A stretch of DNA of 32,000 nt from Ignicoccus islandicus DSM 13165 (GTDB lineage Archaea; Thermoproteota; Thermoprotei_A; Sulfolobales; Ignicoccaceae), in contig NZ_CP006867.1 of the NCBI RefSeq assembly GCF_001481685.1, forward strand, positions 1,140,001 through 1,172,000, in the 5' to 3' direction. The position numbers were made by a program, and so were the translations under genes. The notes under the pieces are model-generated. The model was not told the origin of the DNA. It saw nothing but the letters and a program-made list of their open reading frames with translations, and made no database searches. Below are positions 1 through 8,095 of the stretch, piece after piece (the first letter of the stretch is position 1; every line of letters begins with the position of its first letter).

Positions 1-43
1 CAGCAGCGCCTCTATTATCATTTAAGCACCGATGGCGAAGTTC

Positions 44-2014
44 TCAAGGAGAGGTTTTAGGAGTATTTCCTAAAACGTATGTCGCAACTTCCCTAACGTA
101 AGTTCCGAAGGATTTCCCTTTGGAGGCCTTTTCCAAGTACTCCCTCCAACTCAGTCCCATCCTCTCTTTCCAAACGGGATAGACTGACTTAAGGTTGCTT
201 AGAGCGATTTCGTGGACCTCGCAGAACTGCCCGACTCTGGGTCTACCGCATATCGGGCAAGGGTTAGAGGGCTCTAAGTCCCCTAGTGAGTAAGCCAAGC
301 TTAAACCGACTTCCCCTAGCCTCGGTAAATACTTTGATATCAACCTCTTCAACTCGCTCTTCGCCTCCTCTACTACTTCTTCCCTCTTCCTCTTACCAAG
401 CCGCACGTTCTCCATCTCGATTTCGAACTTCCTCGTTAATTCAACGCTCGTCAACTCGGGGAAGAAGTTCAGCAGGACGGAGGCAACTGCTATACCCAAG
501 TCAGTCGCGTAGACCTTACCCTTCAAGTCCCTCAAGTAACCCCTCTTAAACAACGTCTCTACTATCCTGGCCCTCGTAGCTTCAGTTCCAATTCCAACCT
601 TCTCCATCCATTTAACAAGGCTCGCCTTAGTGTACCTCTCGGGCGCTTTAGTCAATTGCTGTCTCAAGGAACAACTTACCTCAACGACCTCGCCCTTCGA
701 GAAGTCAGGTAATTCCTTCTCTTGAGGTGCAGAGAATGGGTAATATAAGCTCCATCCCTTCCATAAGGTTCTCCTTCCGGTAGCCTTCACCGTTACCCCA
801 TTGACTTCCAATTCTACAGTTACTACCTCGTATTTGGCTTCGGTGGCCATAGTAGCCATGAAGCGCCTCACTATTAGGTCGTATATCATTGCATGTTCCT
901 TATCGAGACCACTTGGGACTTTACCGGTAGGGTAAATGGCCGGATGCGCTGGATCGTCTTTCGGGCCGTTATTAGGTTGGAGGACGCCCTTCGTTTCCTT
1001 AATTAGTGCATAAACGTACTTCGAATACTGCGACTTCTTTAATGCGTCTAGTATTCCCCTCAAGTCTAAGTCCTTCGGATACTTCTGGCTATTAGTCCTT
1101 GGATAAGAGATATATGCGTCTAGATACAAGTCTTCAGCTATTTTCTGTGTCTTGGCTGGTGAGAAACCGAACAGCCTGGCGGCCTCTTGCTGCAAATCGG
1201 GAAGGTTGAACGGGTGAGGCGGTCTGAGCCTCTCAACTCTAGAAACGACGTCTCTAACCACGCCTCTATTGCACTTGCTTTTCCATGAGAGAGTCTCGCT
1301 CTTCTTCTCGAACTTAATAGATGGTTCAAACGTAACTCCCTTTGACGAAATTGTAATTGAAAAGTAGGGTAACGGAACGAAGGTACCGATCTGAAGTTCC
1401 CTCTTGACGGCTTCCAGTAAGGTCGGGCTCTGCACCCTTCCGGCCGATAAACTCTTCGATCTCCCGGTTGCCTCCCTATAGGCCCTCATTAACGCCCTCG
1501 AGACGTTTATTCCCCAGAGCCAGTCCAGTTCGTGTCTCGTTAGTCCGGCCTCCACCATTTCCCAATCTAACGGTCTCAAGTTCCTCCAAGCTCTCCTCAG
1601 CTCTTGGGGAGTCAGTGCGTGAAAGACCATTCTCCTTGCCTTTCGCAAGTCGCCTAAGTTCTTGATTACCATAAAGCCAATCACAGATCCTTCGATATCG
1701 TAGTCACATGCATTAACGTATAGAGAAGCTCCTTTGGCGACCTTACCTAGGACTAAAAGGAACTTTTTAGTATGGGAGGAACTTTTATCTATCTCGTACA
1801 AGGGTTTCCACTCGTATGAGTAGATGGGGAACGAATTGGACTTGGCAGCTATTCCGTACAAGTGGCCCGCCGCAGACGCTACTATTATTTTAGTTCCATT
1901 AACAACTTCCCAATAAGGAACGTTGTATAACTTCTTCTTTTTCGGAGTGCCGAGGGCCGAAGCTATCTTTTCGGCCGCCTTAGGCTTCTCGGCTATCACC
2001 AGTACGTGATTCAA
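44..2014 (-). CDS. topA: DNA topoisomerase, type IA (archaeal topo I/III-like) with C-terminal Zn-ribbon
   Basis: 656-aa ORF. Toprim N-terminus VLVIAEKPKAAEKIA and acidic ACDYDIEGSVIG motif. Type-IA core SAGRVQSPTL and active-site Tyr context AYISYPRTNSQ. C-terminal CPICGRP..CEVH zinc ribbon. TTG start at 2014; an in-frame GTG 5 codons downstream is also possible. Confidence 0.9.
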   Translation of the reverse strand: MNHVLVIAEKPKAAEKIASALGTPKKKKLYNVPYWEVVNGTKIIVASAAGHLYGIAAKSNSFPIYSYEWKPLYEIDKSSSHTKKFLLVLGKVAKGASLYVNACDYDIEGSVIGFMVIKNLGDLRKARRMVFHALTPQELRRAWRNLRPLDWEMVEAGLTRHELDWLWGINVSRALMRAYREATGRSKSLSAGRVQSPTLLEAVKRELQIGTFVPLPYFSITISSKGVTFEPSIKFEKKSETLSWKSKCNRGVVRDVVSRVERLRPPHPFNLPDLQQEAARLFGFSPAKTQKIAEDLYLDAYISYPRTNSQKYPKDLDLRGILDALKKSQYSKYVYALIKETKGVLQPNNGPKDDPAHPAIYPTGKVPSGLDKEHAMIYDLIVRRFMATMATEAKYEVVTVELEVNGVTVKATGRRTLWKGWSLYYPFSAPQEKELPDFSKGEVVEVSCSLRQQLTKAPERYTKASLVKWMEKVGIGTEATRARIVETLFKRGYLRDLKGKVYATDLGIAVASVLLNFFPELTSVELTRKFEIEMENVRLGKRKREEVVEEAKSELKRLISKYLPRLGEVGLSLAYSLGDLEPSNPCPICGRPRVGQFCEVHEIALSNLKSVYPVWKERMGLSWREYLEKASKGKSFGTYVREVATYVLGNTPKTSP

Positions 2015-2112
2015 AGCGGTCTTCCATAACCCCGATTGGGTCCAAGGGCTCTTGAAGGGATGGGCTCCTTACACTTAATCCTCTCTACTGATTCCAGTCC
2101 TGGAGAATTACG

Positions 2113-3096
2113 TTGAGGGGCTCCTACGAAGCCGTAGTATCGAAGGTCCTAGTAGCTTTCTCGCTAATAGTTTTCGCAATCGGTTACGTAGTGAGCGTGG
2201 CGAAACTCAATTGGCTCCATATAGACTTGATGAAGAGCGCTTTGGTGCTCTTCCCTCATGGCGTAGCAATAGCATACGCTAGCAGTTTGAGTAAGAGAAA
2301 GGAATTGTATAAGCTACACTTACTTAGCTTACCGTTGATAGCTCTCCCGTTCTCATATGACATAGTTAGATACTACCTTATAATAGTATCAAGCTACTTC
2401 GTTCCCTTTACCTTACTCTCGTCTAAGGATTGGAAAGGGCCCTTCAAGCGGTCGCTGGAGTTAGTTGCCGTTTCGTACTTAGCTTTAGCGTTATATTCAG
2501 CGATTCGCGCTAACGATCCCTTCATAGATGGCGTTAGGCTCTTGGTTTACCCAATAACTTTAATTTACGCAGTGTCTAGCCAGTCCTTCCCGAAAACGTT
2601 TGGAGACCAAGCCCATTGGGGCTTGGTCTTTACGTCTTCTGTATTAGCGTTCTCAATTCTGCTTTACCCAAATCCTGCCTCCGTATTGACCGTCGCTTCC
2701 TTGTTCCTATATCTCGTATCAATCAAACTTTACAAATTTAGAGAATATCTAGCGAAAGTGGAAAGCATGAAGGACAAGCCGATTCCGTACAGAGCGAACA
2801 GGTACTTCCTTTACGGTCATTTATGGGTAATCGTATCTACCTTAGCTCCTTTGCTTTACTTCAATTCGCCCCTAGCGTTCCTCCACTCGCTAGTCCTAGG
2901 TTTCATTTCGCTCCATATATTCATACACTTCCCGTTAATGGTTCCAATTATACTCAGAATAAGGAACGCTAAGAGGTACAACCAGTTGCCTTATCCCTTT
3001 GCGATCATATCGGCGTTCGTTTGGCCTTTCGCGAAAGATTTAGCGTGGATTTCCTTCTTAGTGGGTTTCGCTCTACTACTGCGAATAGTCCTTTGA
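2113..3096 (+). CDS. polytopic integral membrane protein, function unknown
   Basis: 327-aa ORF (TTG start), divergent from topA. About 9-10 hydrophobic helices along the whole length, with coding-like codon usage. No family recognised with confidence; His-containing TM motifs LFPHGVAIAYA and FLHSLVLGFISLHIFIHFP are noted. Confidence 0.6.
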   Translation: MRGSYEAVVSKVLVAFSLIVFAIGYVVSVAKLNWLHIDLMKSALVLFPHGVAIAYASSLSKRKELYKLHLLSLPLIALPFSYDIVRYYLIIVSSYFVPFTLLSSKDWKGPFKRSLELVAVSYLALALYSAIRANDPFIDGVRLLVYPITLIYAVSSQSFPKTFGDQAHWGLVFTSSVLAFSILLYPNPASVLTVASLFLYLVSIKLYKFREYLAKVESMKDKPIPYRANRYFLYGHLWVIVSTLAPLLYFNSPLAFLHSLVLGFISLHIFIHFPLMVPIILRIRNAKRYNQLPYPFAIISAFVWPFAKDLAWISFLVGFALLLRIVL

Positions 3097-3101
3097 TCTC
3101 G

Positions 3102-3128
3102 TCCAAGCAATTTAAATCTCCTCTCCGA
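3102..3128 (+). repeat. copy 1 of exact 27-bp direct repeat TCCAAGCAATTTAAATCTCCTCTCCGA (contains a TTTAAAT TATA-like box)
   Basis: Identical 27-mer read at 3102-3128 and 4575-4601. The flanking bases differ on both sides. Confidence 0.9.
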
Positions 3129-3181
3129 CTACTAGTTTAAATTCCATACCTCGAAACACCATTACCCCTATCGCACTGTAG

Positions 3182-3197
3182 TATAGATATATATACT
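3182..3197 (+). promoter_or_regulatory. TATA-box candidate (TATAGATATATATACT) for the 3231 gene
   Basis: AT-alternating box centred about 40 nt upstream of the ATG at 3231. It lies too close to the ATG at 3198 to serve that start. Confidence 0.4.
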
Positions 3198-3230
3198 ATG
3201 AATTCGAAATATAGTAACTGCTGGTTAGAG

Positions 3231-4283
3231 ATGTCTTTCAAAGCGTTTACGCTAACTTTGGCTCTACTACTAGTTTCTAGAGCGATGAGCCTATCCGAAT
3301 TGTGGAGTTACAACAGTGCAGGTACCGCCACAAGCCTAACTTTTTCGGAAAACGGAAACTTGGGAGTTTCCTCTTTGGACAGTTGCGCTTACGTGTTCGA
3401 TCAAAATGGCAACTTGTTGAACAAGACGTGTGGATGTTGGAATTGCTATATGGGAGACGTCTCCTACTGCTGCGGGAAATTCGGTTTCATTAACGAAGAT
3501 AACAAAGCCTACATTTTCTACGAAAACGGGACGCTGTGGAAGAAGGTAGATGTAGGTTCACATTACTATCACAGTGCAATCACAATACACTCTAACGGCT
3601 TCATTGCTTGTAGGAGCTACTGCGCTTACCTTTACTTTAATGGAACAAGGAAATGGAACGTATATGTTGGATACGTTGAGAACGGTCCTAGTATTCACGC
3701 TAACTACGTTTACGCAGCTGATATTAATGGGAAAAGTCTCTGCGTCCTCAGGCTCTCCAACGGCGCTAAAGTAAAGGAAATAAGTTACAATGAATTCGTT
3801 TACGACACTGCTACCTGCAGTAATTACTTGGCAGTTTCAACTTTACATCACCTTTACCTCTATGACCTATCTGACCCCGTTAACCCTATTGAGCTCTGGA
3901 GTAGTGAGGGACTTAACTATGCTATTCATATCACCTTCTCGCCGGATTGTAGGTACATAGCTGTTGCTGATTACAACAACAAGAAGCTCAAGATATTCGA
4001 TATACGAGGTGAGCTAGTATTAGAGAAGGGATACCCTAACGAAGTCTATAGCGTCGCTTGGTGGAACGATAGAATTGCGGTCGGATTAAACAGTAACGAA
4101 TTCCGCGTTTACAAGATTGTCTTTGATCAAATCCAGAATACAGCTACAACTATTAGCACGTCTACTGAGAGTGAGAGTACCCAAGCTTCTGAAAGCGTTG
4201 ATGAAACGGGAACTCAAATACCCCTTGTAGCTCTGGCAGTTCCCGTGATTATTACACTCGGGAGAAAACTCAAATTGCTGTAA
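3231..4283 (+). CDS. secreted Cys-rich beta-propeller repeat protein with Ser/Thr-rich stalk and C-terminal membrane anchor (surface protein)
   Basis: The ORF opens at 3198. The second Met (3231) begins a typical signal peptide, MSFKAFTLTLALLLVSRAMS. About 7 recurring blade-like units follow (AYVFDQNGNL, AYIFYENGTL, YVYAADINGKSL, HLYLYDLSD, YIAVADYNNKKLKIFD, RIAVGLNSNEFRVY). There is a Cys cluster CGCWNCYMGDVSYCCG. The C-terminus carries TATTISTSTESESTQASES followed by the hydrophobic IPLVALAVPVIITLG and basic RKLKLL. Confidence 0.6.
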   Translation: MSFKAFTLTLALLLVSRAMSLSELWSYNSAGTATSLTFSENGNLGVSSLDSCAYVFDQNGNLLNKTCGCWNCYMGDVSYCCGKFGFINEDNKAYIFYENGTLWKKVDVGSHYYHSAITIHSNGFIACRSYCAYLYFNGTRKWNVYVGYVENGPSIHANYVYAADINGKSLCVLRLSNGAKVKEISYNEFVYDTATCSNYLAVSTLHHLYLYDLSDPVNPIELWSSEGLNYAIHITFSPDCRYIAVADYNNKKLKIFDIRGELVLEKGYPNEVYSVAWWNDRIAVGLNSNEFRVYKIVFDQIQNTATTISTSTESESTQASESVDETGTQIPLVALAVPVIITLGRKLKLL

Positions 4284-4297
4284 TAACATCACACCTT

Positions 4298-4319
4298 GTT
4301 CAATTTATGTTCAATTTAT
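4298..4319 (+). repeat. 2 x 11-nt tandem repeat GTTCAATTTAT immediately 3' of the surface-protein gene
   Basis: GTTCAATTTATGTTCAATTTAT read directly. It is followed by T-runs (TTTTA, CTTTTT), so it may be part of an oligo-T archaeal terminator. Confidence 0.6.
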
Positions 4320-4574
4320 TTTACCACACACTTTTTCGAGAAACTAGGAAACGCATCGCTTAGTATACGTTCGTATTAAATTGCCTAAGGTGTCTCTAGA
4401 AGGCTCTGACTTATTACGCTAGATAACCTATCATTAGGAACTGTCTCTTACCATTTATTATCAAAGCGTTCTGCTAATTAGCTCTCTGGAACCTTCTTCC
4501 TCATAAGCCCTCTGTTTCTATAAGGTTTGGAAACTATTATGGTTTCGAGAACGCGTAAATATTACAATGGCAAT

Positions 4575-4601
4575 TCCAAGCAATTTAAATCTCCTCTCCG
4601 A
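4575..4601 (+). promoter_or_regulatory. copy 2 of the 27-bp repeat; probable promoter (TATA box AATTTAAAT) of the rps19e operon
   Basis: The TTTAAAT box is centred about 36 nt upstream of the rps19e ATG (4623). A G-rich GGGGGTTGAG lies just before the ATG. Confidence 0.55.
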
Positions 4602-4622
4602 ATTGCACATGGGGGTTGAGCA

Positions 4623-5087
4623 ATGATAACTCCAAAGGAAGTTCCACCGGATAGATTCAACCAAAAGCTAGCTATGTACCTTAAGGAGAAGTTCCCGGAA
4701 ATAAGGCCTCCTGAGTGGGCTATGTACGCTAAGACCGGCCCTCATAAGGATAGGCCTCCTATGGACGTAGACTGGTGGTACTATAGGGCAGCAAGCATAT
4801 TAAGGAAATTGTATATCAGTGGAGAGCCAATAGGAATAGAAACGTTCAGGACCATTTACGGAGGCAGGCAAAGGAGAGGCGTGGCTCCTGCGCACTTCAA
4901 GAAAGCCGGAGGATCTCATATAAGGAAAATACTCCAACAACTCGAGAAAGTTGGTTTAGTAAGGAAGACGAAGAACGGAAGAGTCCTAACTCCTGCTGGA
5001 AGGAGCGTTCTAGATCACGTTGCCTACTACACCTTCTTGGAAGTCGCCCAAGAGATGAAGGAGCTGGAGAAGTACCTCGGGAGGTGA
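4623..5087 (+). CDS. rps19e: 30S ribosomal protein S19e (eS19)
   Basis: 154 aa. The N-terminus VKEVPPDRFNQKLAMYLKE..PPEWAMYAKTGPHKDRPP and the GGRQRRGVAPAHFKKAGGSHIRKILQQLE block are typical of the S19e family. Confidence 0.95.
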   Translation: MITPKEVPPDRFNQKLAMYLKEKFPEIRPPEWAMYAKTGPHKDRPPMDVDWWYYRAASILRKLYISGEPIGIETFRTIYGGRQRRGVAPAHFKKAGGSHIRKILQQLEKVGLVRKTKNGRVLTPAGRSVLDHVAYYTFLEVAQEMKELEKYLGR

Positions 5088-5452
5088 ACGCCGTTTTGAG
5101 TATTGACGAAAGGGAGTTAGAGGAACTCAAGCGGCGAAAGTTAATGGAACTTCAAAGGGAGCTGGAGAGCAAGAAGGCGGAAGAGCAGAGGAGAGCGAAG
5201 GAAGAGCTAATAAGAGAAGAAATATTGAGGAGGGCGCTAACCTCCGAGGCGAGACAGAGGCTCGCTAACGTTAAGCTGGTCAGACCGGAACTAGCCATCC
5301 AAGTTGAGAATTACATTATTGCACTTGCACAAGCCGGCAGAATTCCCAGACCAATAACAGATGAAGAACTAAAGGAAATACTAGCTAAATTAACTGCCCA
5401 TGAGAGGAGCACTGGCGGGAGAATAAACATCAAGGAAAGGGGGTGGAAGTGA
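5084..5452 (+). CDS. DNA-binding protein, PDCD5/TFAR19 family
   Basis: 122 aa. GTG start overlaps the S19e stop (GTGA). Charged N-terminal helix, then the [41 protein letters not shown] core typical of the family. It sits in the conserved archaeal position between S19e and L39e. Confidence 0.85.
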   Translation: MNAVLSIDERELEELKRRKLMELQRELESKKAEEQRRAKEELIREEILRRALTSEARQRLANVKLVRPELAIQVENYIIALAQAGRIPRPITDEELKEILAKLTAHERSTGGRINIKERGWK

Positions 5453-5453
5453 G

Positions 5454-5612
5454 ATGGCCCATTACAAGCACGTCGCGAAGAAATTAAGATTAGCTAAGAA
5501 GACTAAACAGAATAGAGCCCTTCCCGCATGGGTTACTTTAAAGACGAGGAGAAGGGTTATTGTTAACCCCGTGAGGAGATACTGGAGGAGGCAAAAGATA
5601 AAGAACGTGTGA
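5454..5612 (+). CDS. rpl39e: 50S ribosomal protein L39e (eL39)
   Basis: Not in the ORF track (52 aa). My translation is [52 protein letters not shown], which matches the archaeal L39e pattern (..KKxRLAKxxKxNxxxPxWVxLKTxxRVxxNPxRRxWRR). The SD-like GGGGGTGG lies upstream, and the gene fills the gap in the conserved S19e-PDCD5-L39e-L31e-aIF6 order. Confidence 0.88.
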   Translation: MAHYKHVAKKLRLAKKTKQNRALPAWVTLKTRRRVIVNPVRRYWRRQKIKNV

Positions 5613-5617
5613 GGTGA

Positions 5618-5926
5618 ATGGTAATGCCAAAGGATAAGTCCGAAGTAATATATGTGATCAACTTGAACAGGATCTACTGGGGAAAGAGGGTAAACAGGGC
5701 CAAGAGGGCTATAAGGTTCATCCGCGAGTTCGTAATGAGACACACTGGGGCGGACGTAGTGAAGATAGACAACACAGTAAACAACTACGTATGGAGCAGG
5801 AGTATAGAGAAACCTCCTAGGAGAGTACCAGTATACGTAGAGACATATGAGGAAGAGAACGAAGAAGGGGGTAAAGTAAAGGTAGCTTATGTAACCTTAG
5901 CCAACGTTAAGAACGTGGAGGCCTAA
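5618..5926 (+). CDS. rpl31e: 50S ribosomal protein L31e (eL31)
   Basis: 102 aa. RVNRAKRAIRFIREFVMRHTG...VKIDNTVNNYVWSRSIEKPPRRV is typical of L31e. GAGGTGA SD lies directly upstream. Confidence 0.92.
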   Translation: MVMPKDKSEVIYVINLNRIYWGKRVNRAKRAIRFIREFVMRHTGADVVKIDNTVNNYVWSRSIEKPPRRVPVYVETYEEENEEGGKVKVAYVTLANVKNVEA

Positions 5927-5931
5927 CGCTT

Positions 5932-6612
5932 ATGGTAGATTTCGAAATTGAGAAGTTGAGCGTTTTTGGTAACCCGAACATAGGTGTCTACTTGTTTGCC
6001 AACAACCATTACGCAATAGTACCTAGTAACCTAGACGAGGACTCGGTAAAGATTATTGAAAGAACCCTGAAAGTGCAAGTAGTGAAGATCAGCGTCGTTA
6101 GTAGCCCATTAATAGGACTGTTCCTAGCCGGCAACGATCACGCAATTTTAGTTCCATATATTATAAAAGATTACGAGCTAAACGATCTCAGATCCCAAGT
6201 GGACATGAAAGTACACGTACTCCAAACGAAGCTCACTGCGCTCGGAAACGTAATACTTGCTAATAATAGTTACGCTTACGTACATCCTGAATTAAGGGAC
6301 GTTAAAGATAGAATAAAGGAAATGCTTGGGGTCGAAGTAGAGGAAAAGGAAATAGCAATGATCCCAACCGTAGGAAGCGCCGCCGTGGTAAATAACAAAG
6401 GCGGCGTAATACATCCGGAAGCTAGCGAGCAAGAGGCGATGGAGCTAAAGGAGAAGTTCAAGTTATCAGTCGTAGGTACTGCCACGGTAAACGAGGGTAT
6501 TCCCTACGTAAAGACCGGATTGGTTGCTAACGATAAGGGGGCATTGGTAGGAGAACAAACGACTCCAATAGAAATGGCGCACATAGAGAGGATCCTCTCG
6601 GGAAGGGAGTAG
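5932..6612 (+). CDS. eif6: translation initiation factor 6 (aIF6)
   Basis: 226 aa. The pentein-repeat pattern FGNPNIGVYLFANNHYAIVP / SSPLIGLFLAGNDHAILVP / TALGNVILANNSYAYVHP / PTVGSAAVVNNKGGVIHP / IPYVKTGLVANDKGALVG is diagnostic of eIF6. Confidence 0.92.
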   Translation: MVDFEIEKLSVFGNPNIGVYLFANNHYAIVPSNLDEDSVKIIERTLKVQVVKISVVSSPLIGLFLAGNDHAILVPYIIKDYELNDLRSQVDMKVHVLQTKLTALGNVILANNSYAYVHPELRDVKDRIKEMLGVEVEEKEIAMIPTVGSAAVVNNKGGVIHPEASEQEAMELKEKFKLSVVGTATVNEGIPYVKTGLVANDKGALVGEQTTPIEMAHIERILSGRE

Positions 6613-6613
6613 A

Positions 6614-8095
6614 TTGAAGAACGTAATTAAAATAAATTTATGTAGGCGGAAGATAAGGGAGTTTAATCCGATATGGGCGTTCGCCCCTAGAAGGGGGCCC
6701 AAAGTAGCTCTCTTCTATCCTGCTCCTTACGAGGTCGCATCTCAGAGCTTAGGGTTCCAATTAGTTTACGCGCTCCTAATAGCCCATGGTATTAGGGCTG
6801 AGAGGTTTACTACTGACTCTTGTGGCTTCAGTCTGGAGACGAAAACCCCCATAAAGAAGTTCGACTTTATTCTAGCGTCTTCCTCTTTCGAAATAGATTA
6901 CTTGTACCTAGCGGACTTCTTGAAGAGGTACAAGACTAACCAAAAGGTATTAGTAGGTGGTCTCTCTCCTATGGCTAATCCCATACCTTTATTCGACCTA
7001 GTAGATTACGTGGTGCTGGGCGAAGCGGAGGCAACTATACCGCAGTTGGCATCAGATTTCCATTCAGGTGATATAGAGCCAAGGGAGTGGCTAGTAAGTT
7101 CCACATCGGAAGGTGGTAAGAAGGCATGGATCGATTTGAAGGATGCTCCCTTGCTAGCTAGTCAGTTTCTCCCCTTAGATATAGATCCCCCTTGGGGAAA
7201 GGGCTTCTTAATTGAAGTAACCCGAGGTTGTCCGCACAAGTGTAGGTTTTGCATGGAAGGTTGGATCAATAAACCGTTTAGAGAGAGGGACTTGAAAAGC
7301 GTTATTAAAGTTTTGAGGGAAGTCGGCGAACCTTATGAGAAGGTAATTACTTTATCGCTGAGCCTAACGGATTACAACGATTACAAAGCGTACCTCCGGG
7401 AACTAGCTTCGCTCGAAGTAACCGGATCCGTTCCGAGCCTTAGAGTAGATGGAATAGATGAGGAAGCGGTCGAATTGATAAGGGCAATAGGTCAAAGAAC
7501 CGTTACAGTTGCTCCAGAAACGACCCTTCCGGAGAAATCAAAGGTTCTAGGAAAGGGATTTAATCCTAGTTTCTTAAAGGAGAAAATTAACTTAGTCAAG
7601 AAAGTTCAACTGAAGCCCAAAGCGTACGTAATGATAGTTCCCGGCGAACACTTGGAAACGGCCAAAAAAGAAATAGAGAACTTGAAGGAGATTTTCGGAA
7701 AGGAAACTCACTTTACAGTAAATCCCTTAATACCGAAGCCTTGGACGCCTCTTCAGATAGCCCCAATCCCAAGCGATAGGGAGGAAAGGGTCTTAATATA
7801 CTATAAGAAGAACCTACCTAACGCCGATTTGTATCCCATACGCTGGGCTAAATTGCAAGCAATCTTATCGCTCGCCACGAAGCCCGTGTTGAAGTACTTA
7901 GATCCGAAACTGCCGCCAAGCAAACAGATAGCTGAGCTCGCGAAGGTTATTGATTTAAGTGAGCTTCATAAATGGAGAACGGGTTGGGAACCTCCTTGGA
8001 TGAATTTCGAGGTAGCGGACCCAAGAGAAGCATTGAGGCTGGGAGAGGAAAGTTACGAAGCGTGGAGAGAGGTTTTCTCGGAATCTCGGACCTAA
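6614..8095 (+). CDS. radical SAM enzyme with N-terminal B12-binding-like (Rossmann) domain; resembles the uncharacterised TIGR03960/COG1032-type family
   Basis: 493 aa. The TTG start lies 1 nt after the aIF6 stop. CX3CX2C cluster motif in EVTRGCPHKCRFCMEGW. N-terminal VALFYPAPYEVASQSLGFQLVYALL and VLVGGLSPMANP..VVLGEAE resemble, from my recollection, the bacterial rSAM family that is usually fused or linked to DUF2344. Confidence 0.8.
   Translation: MKNVIKINLCRRKIREFNPIWAFAPRRGPKVALFYPAPYEVASQSLGFQLVYALLIAHGIRAERFTTDSCGFSLETKTPIKKFDFILASSSFEIDYLYLADFLKRYKTNQKVLVGGLSPMANPIPLFDLVDYVVLGEAEATIPQLASDFHSGDIEPREWLVSSTSEGGKKAWIDLKDAPLLASQFLPLDIDPPWGKGFLIEVTRGCPHKCRFCMEGWINKPFRERDLKSVIKVLREVGEPYEKVITLSLSLTDYNDYKAYLRELASLEVTGSVPSLRVDGIDEEAVELIRAIGQRTVTVAPETTLPEKSKVLGKGFNPSFLKEKINLVKKVQLKPKAYVMIVPGEHLETAKKEIENLKEIFGKETHFTVNPLIPKPWTPLQIAPIPSDREERVLIYYKKNLPNADLYPIRWAKLQAILSLATKPVLKYLDPKLPPSKQIAELAKVIDLSELHKWRTGWEPPWMNFEVADPREALRLGEESYEAWREVFSESRT

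Noticed and set aside
1-60. Plus-strand frame 1 is open from the window edge to the TAG at 58-60 (..QQRLYYHLSTDGEVLKERF*); it could be the 3' end of a convergent upstream gene overlapping topA by 17 nt
   Set aside because: Only 19 codons are visible, which is too short to support a call.
286-549. 87-aa Ser/Pro-rich plus-strand ORF (also 1138-1329 and 1468-1665)
   Set aside because: It lies antisense or out of frame within the well-supported topoisomerase gene and has biased composition.
5462-5743. 93-aa minus-strand ORF
   Set aside because: It lies antisense to the clearly recognisable rpl39e and rpl31e genes, and its sequence is hydrophobic junk with no family resemblance.
7972-8061. N-terminal 30-codon extension of the DUF763 ORF overlapping the radical SAM gene
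   Set aside because: The DUF763 family N-terminus (DLxLHGGK) starts right after the GTG at 8062. The extension (MENGLGTSLDEFRGSGPKRS..) looks like out-of-frame read-through of the rSAM C-terminus. It is kept only as an alternative start.
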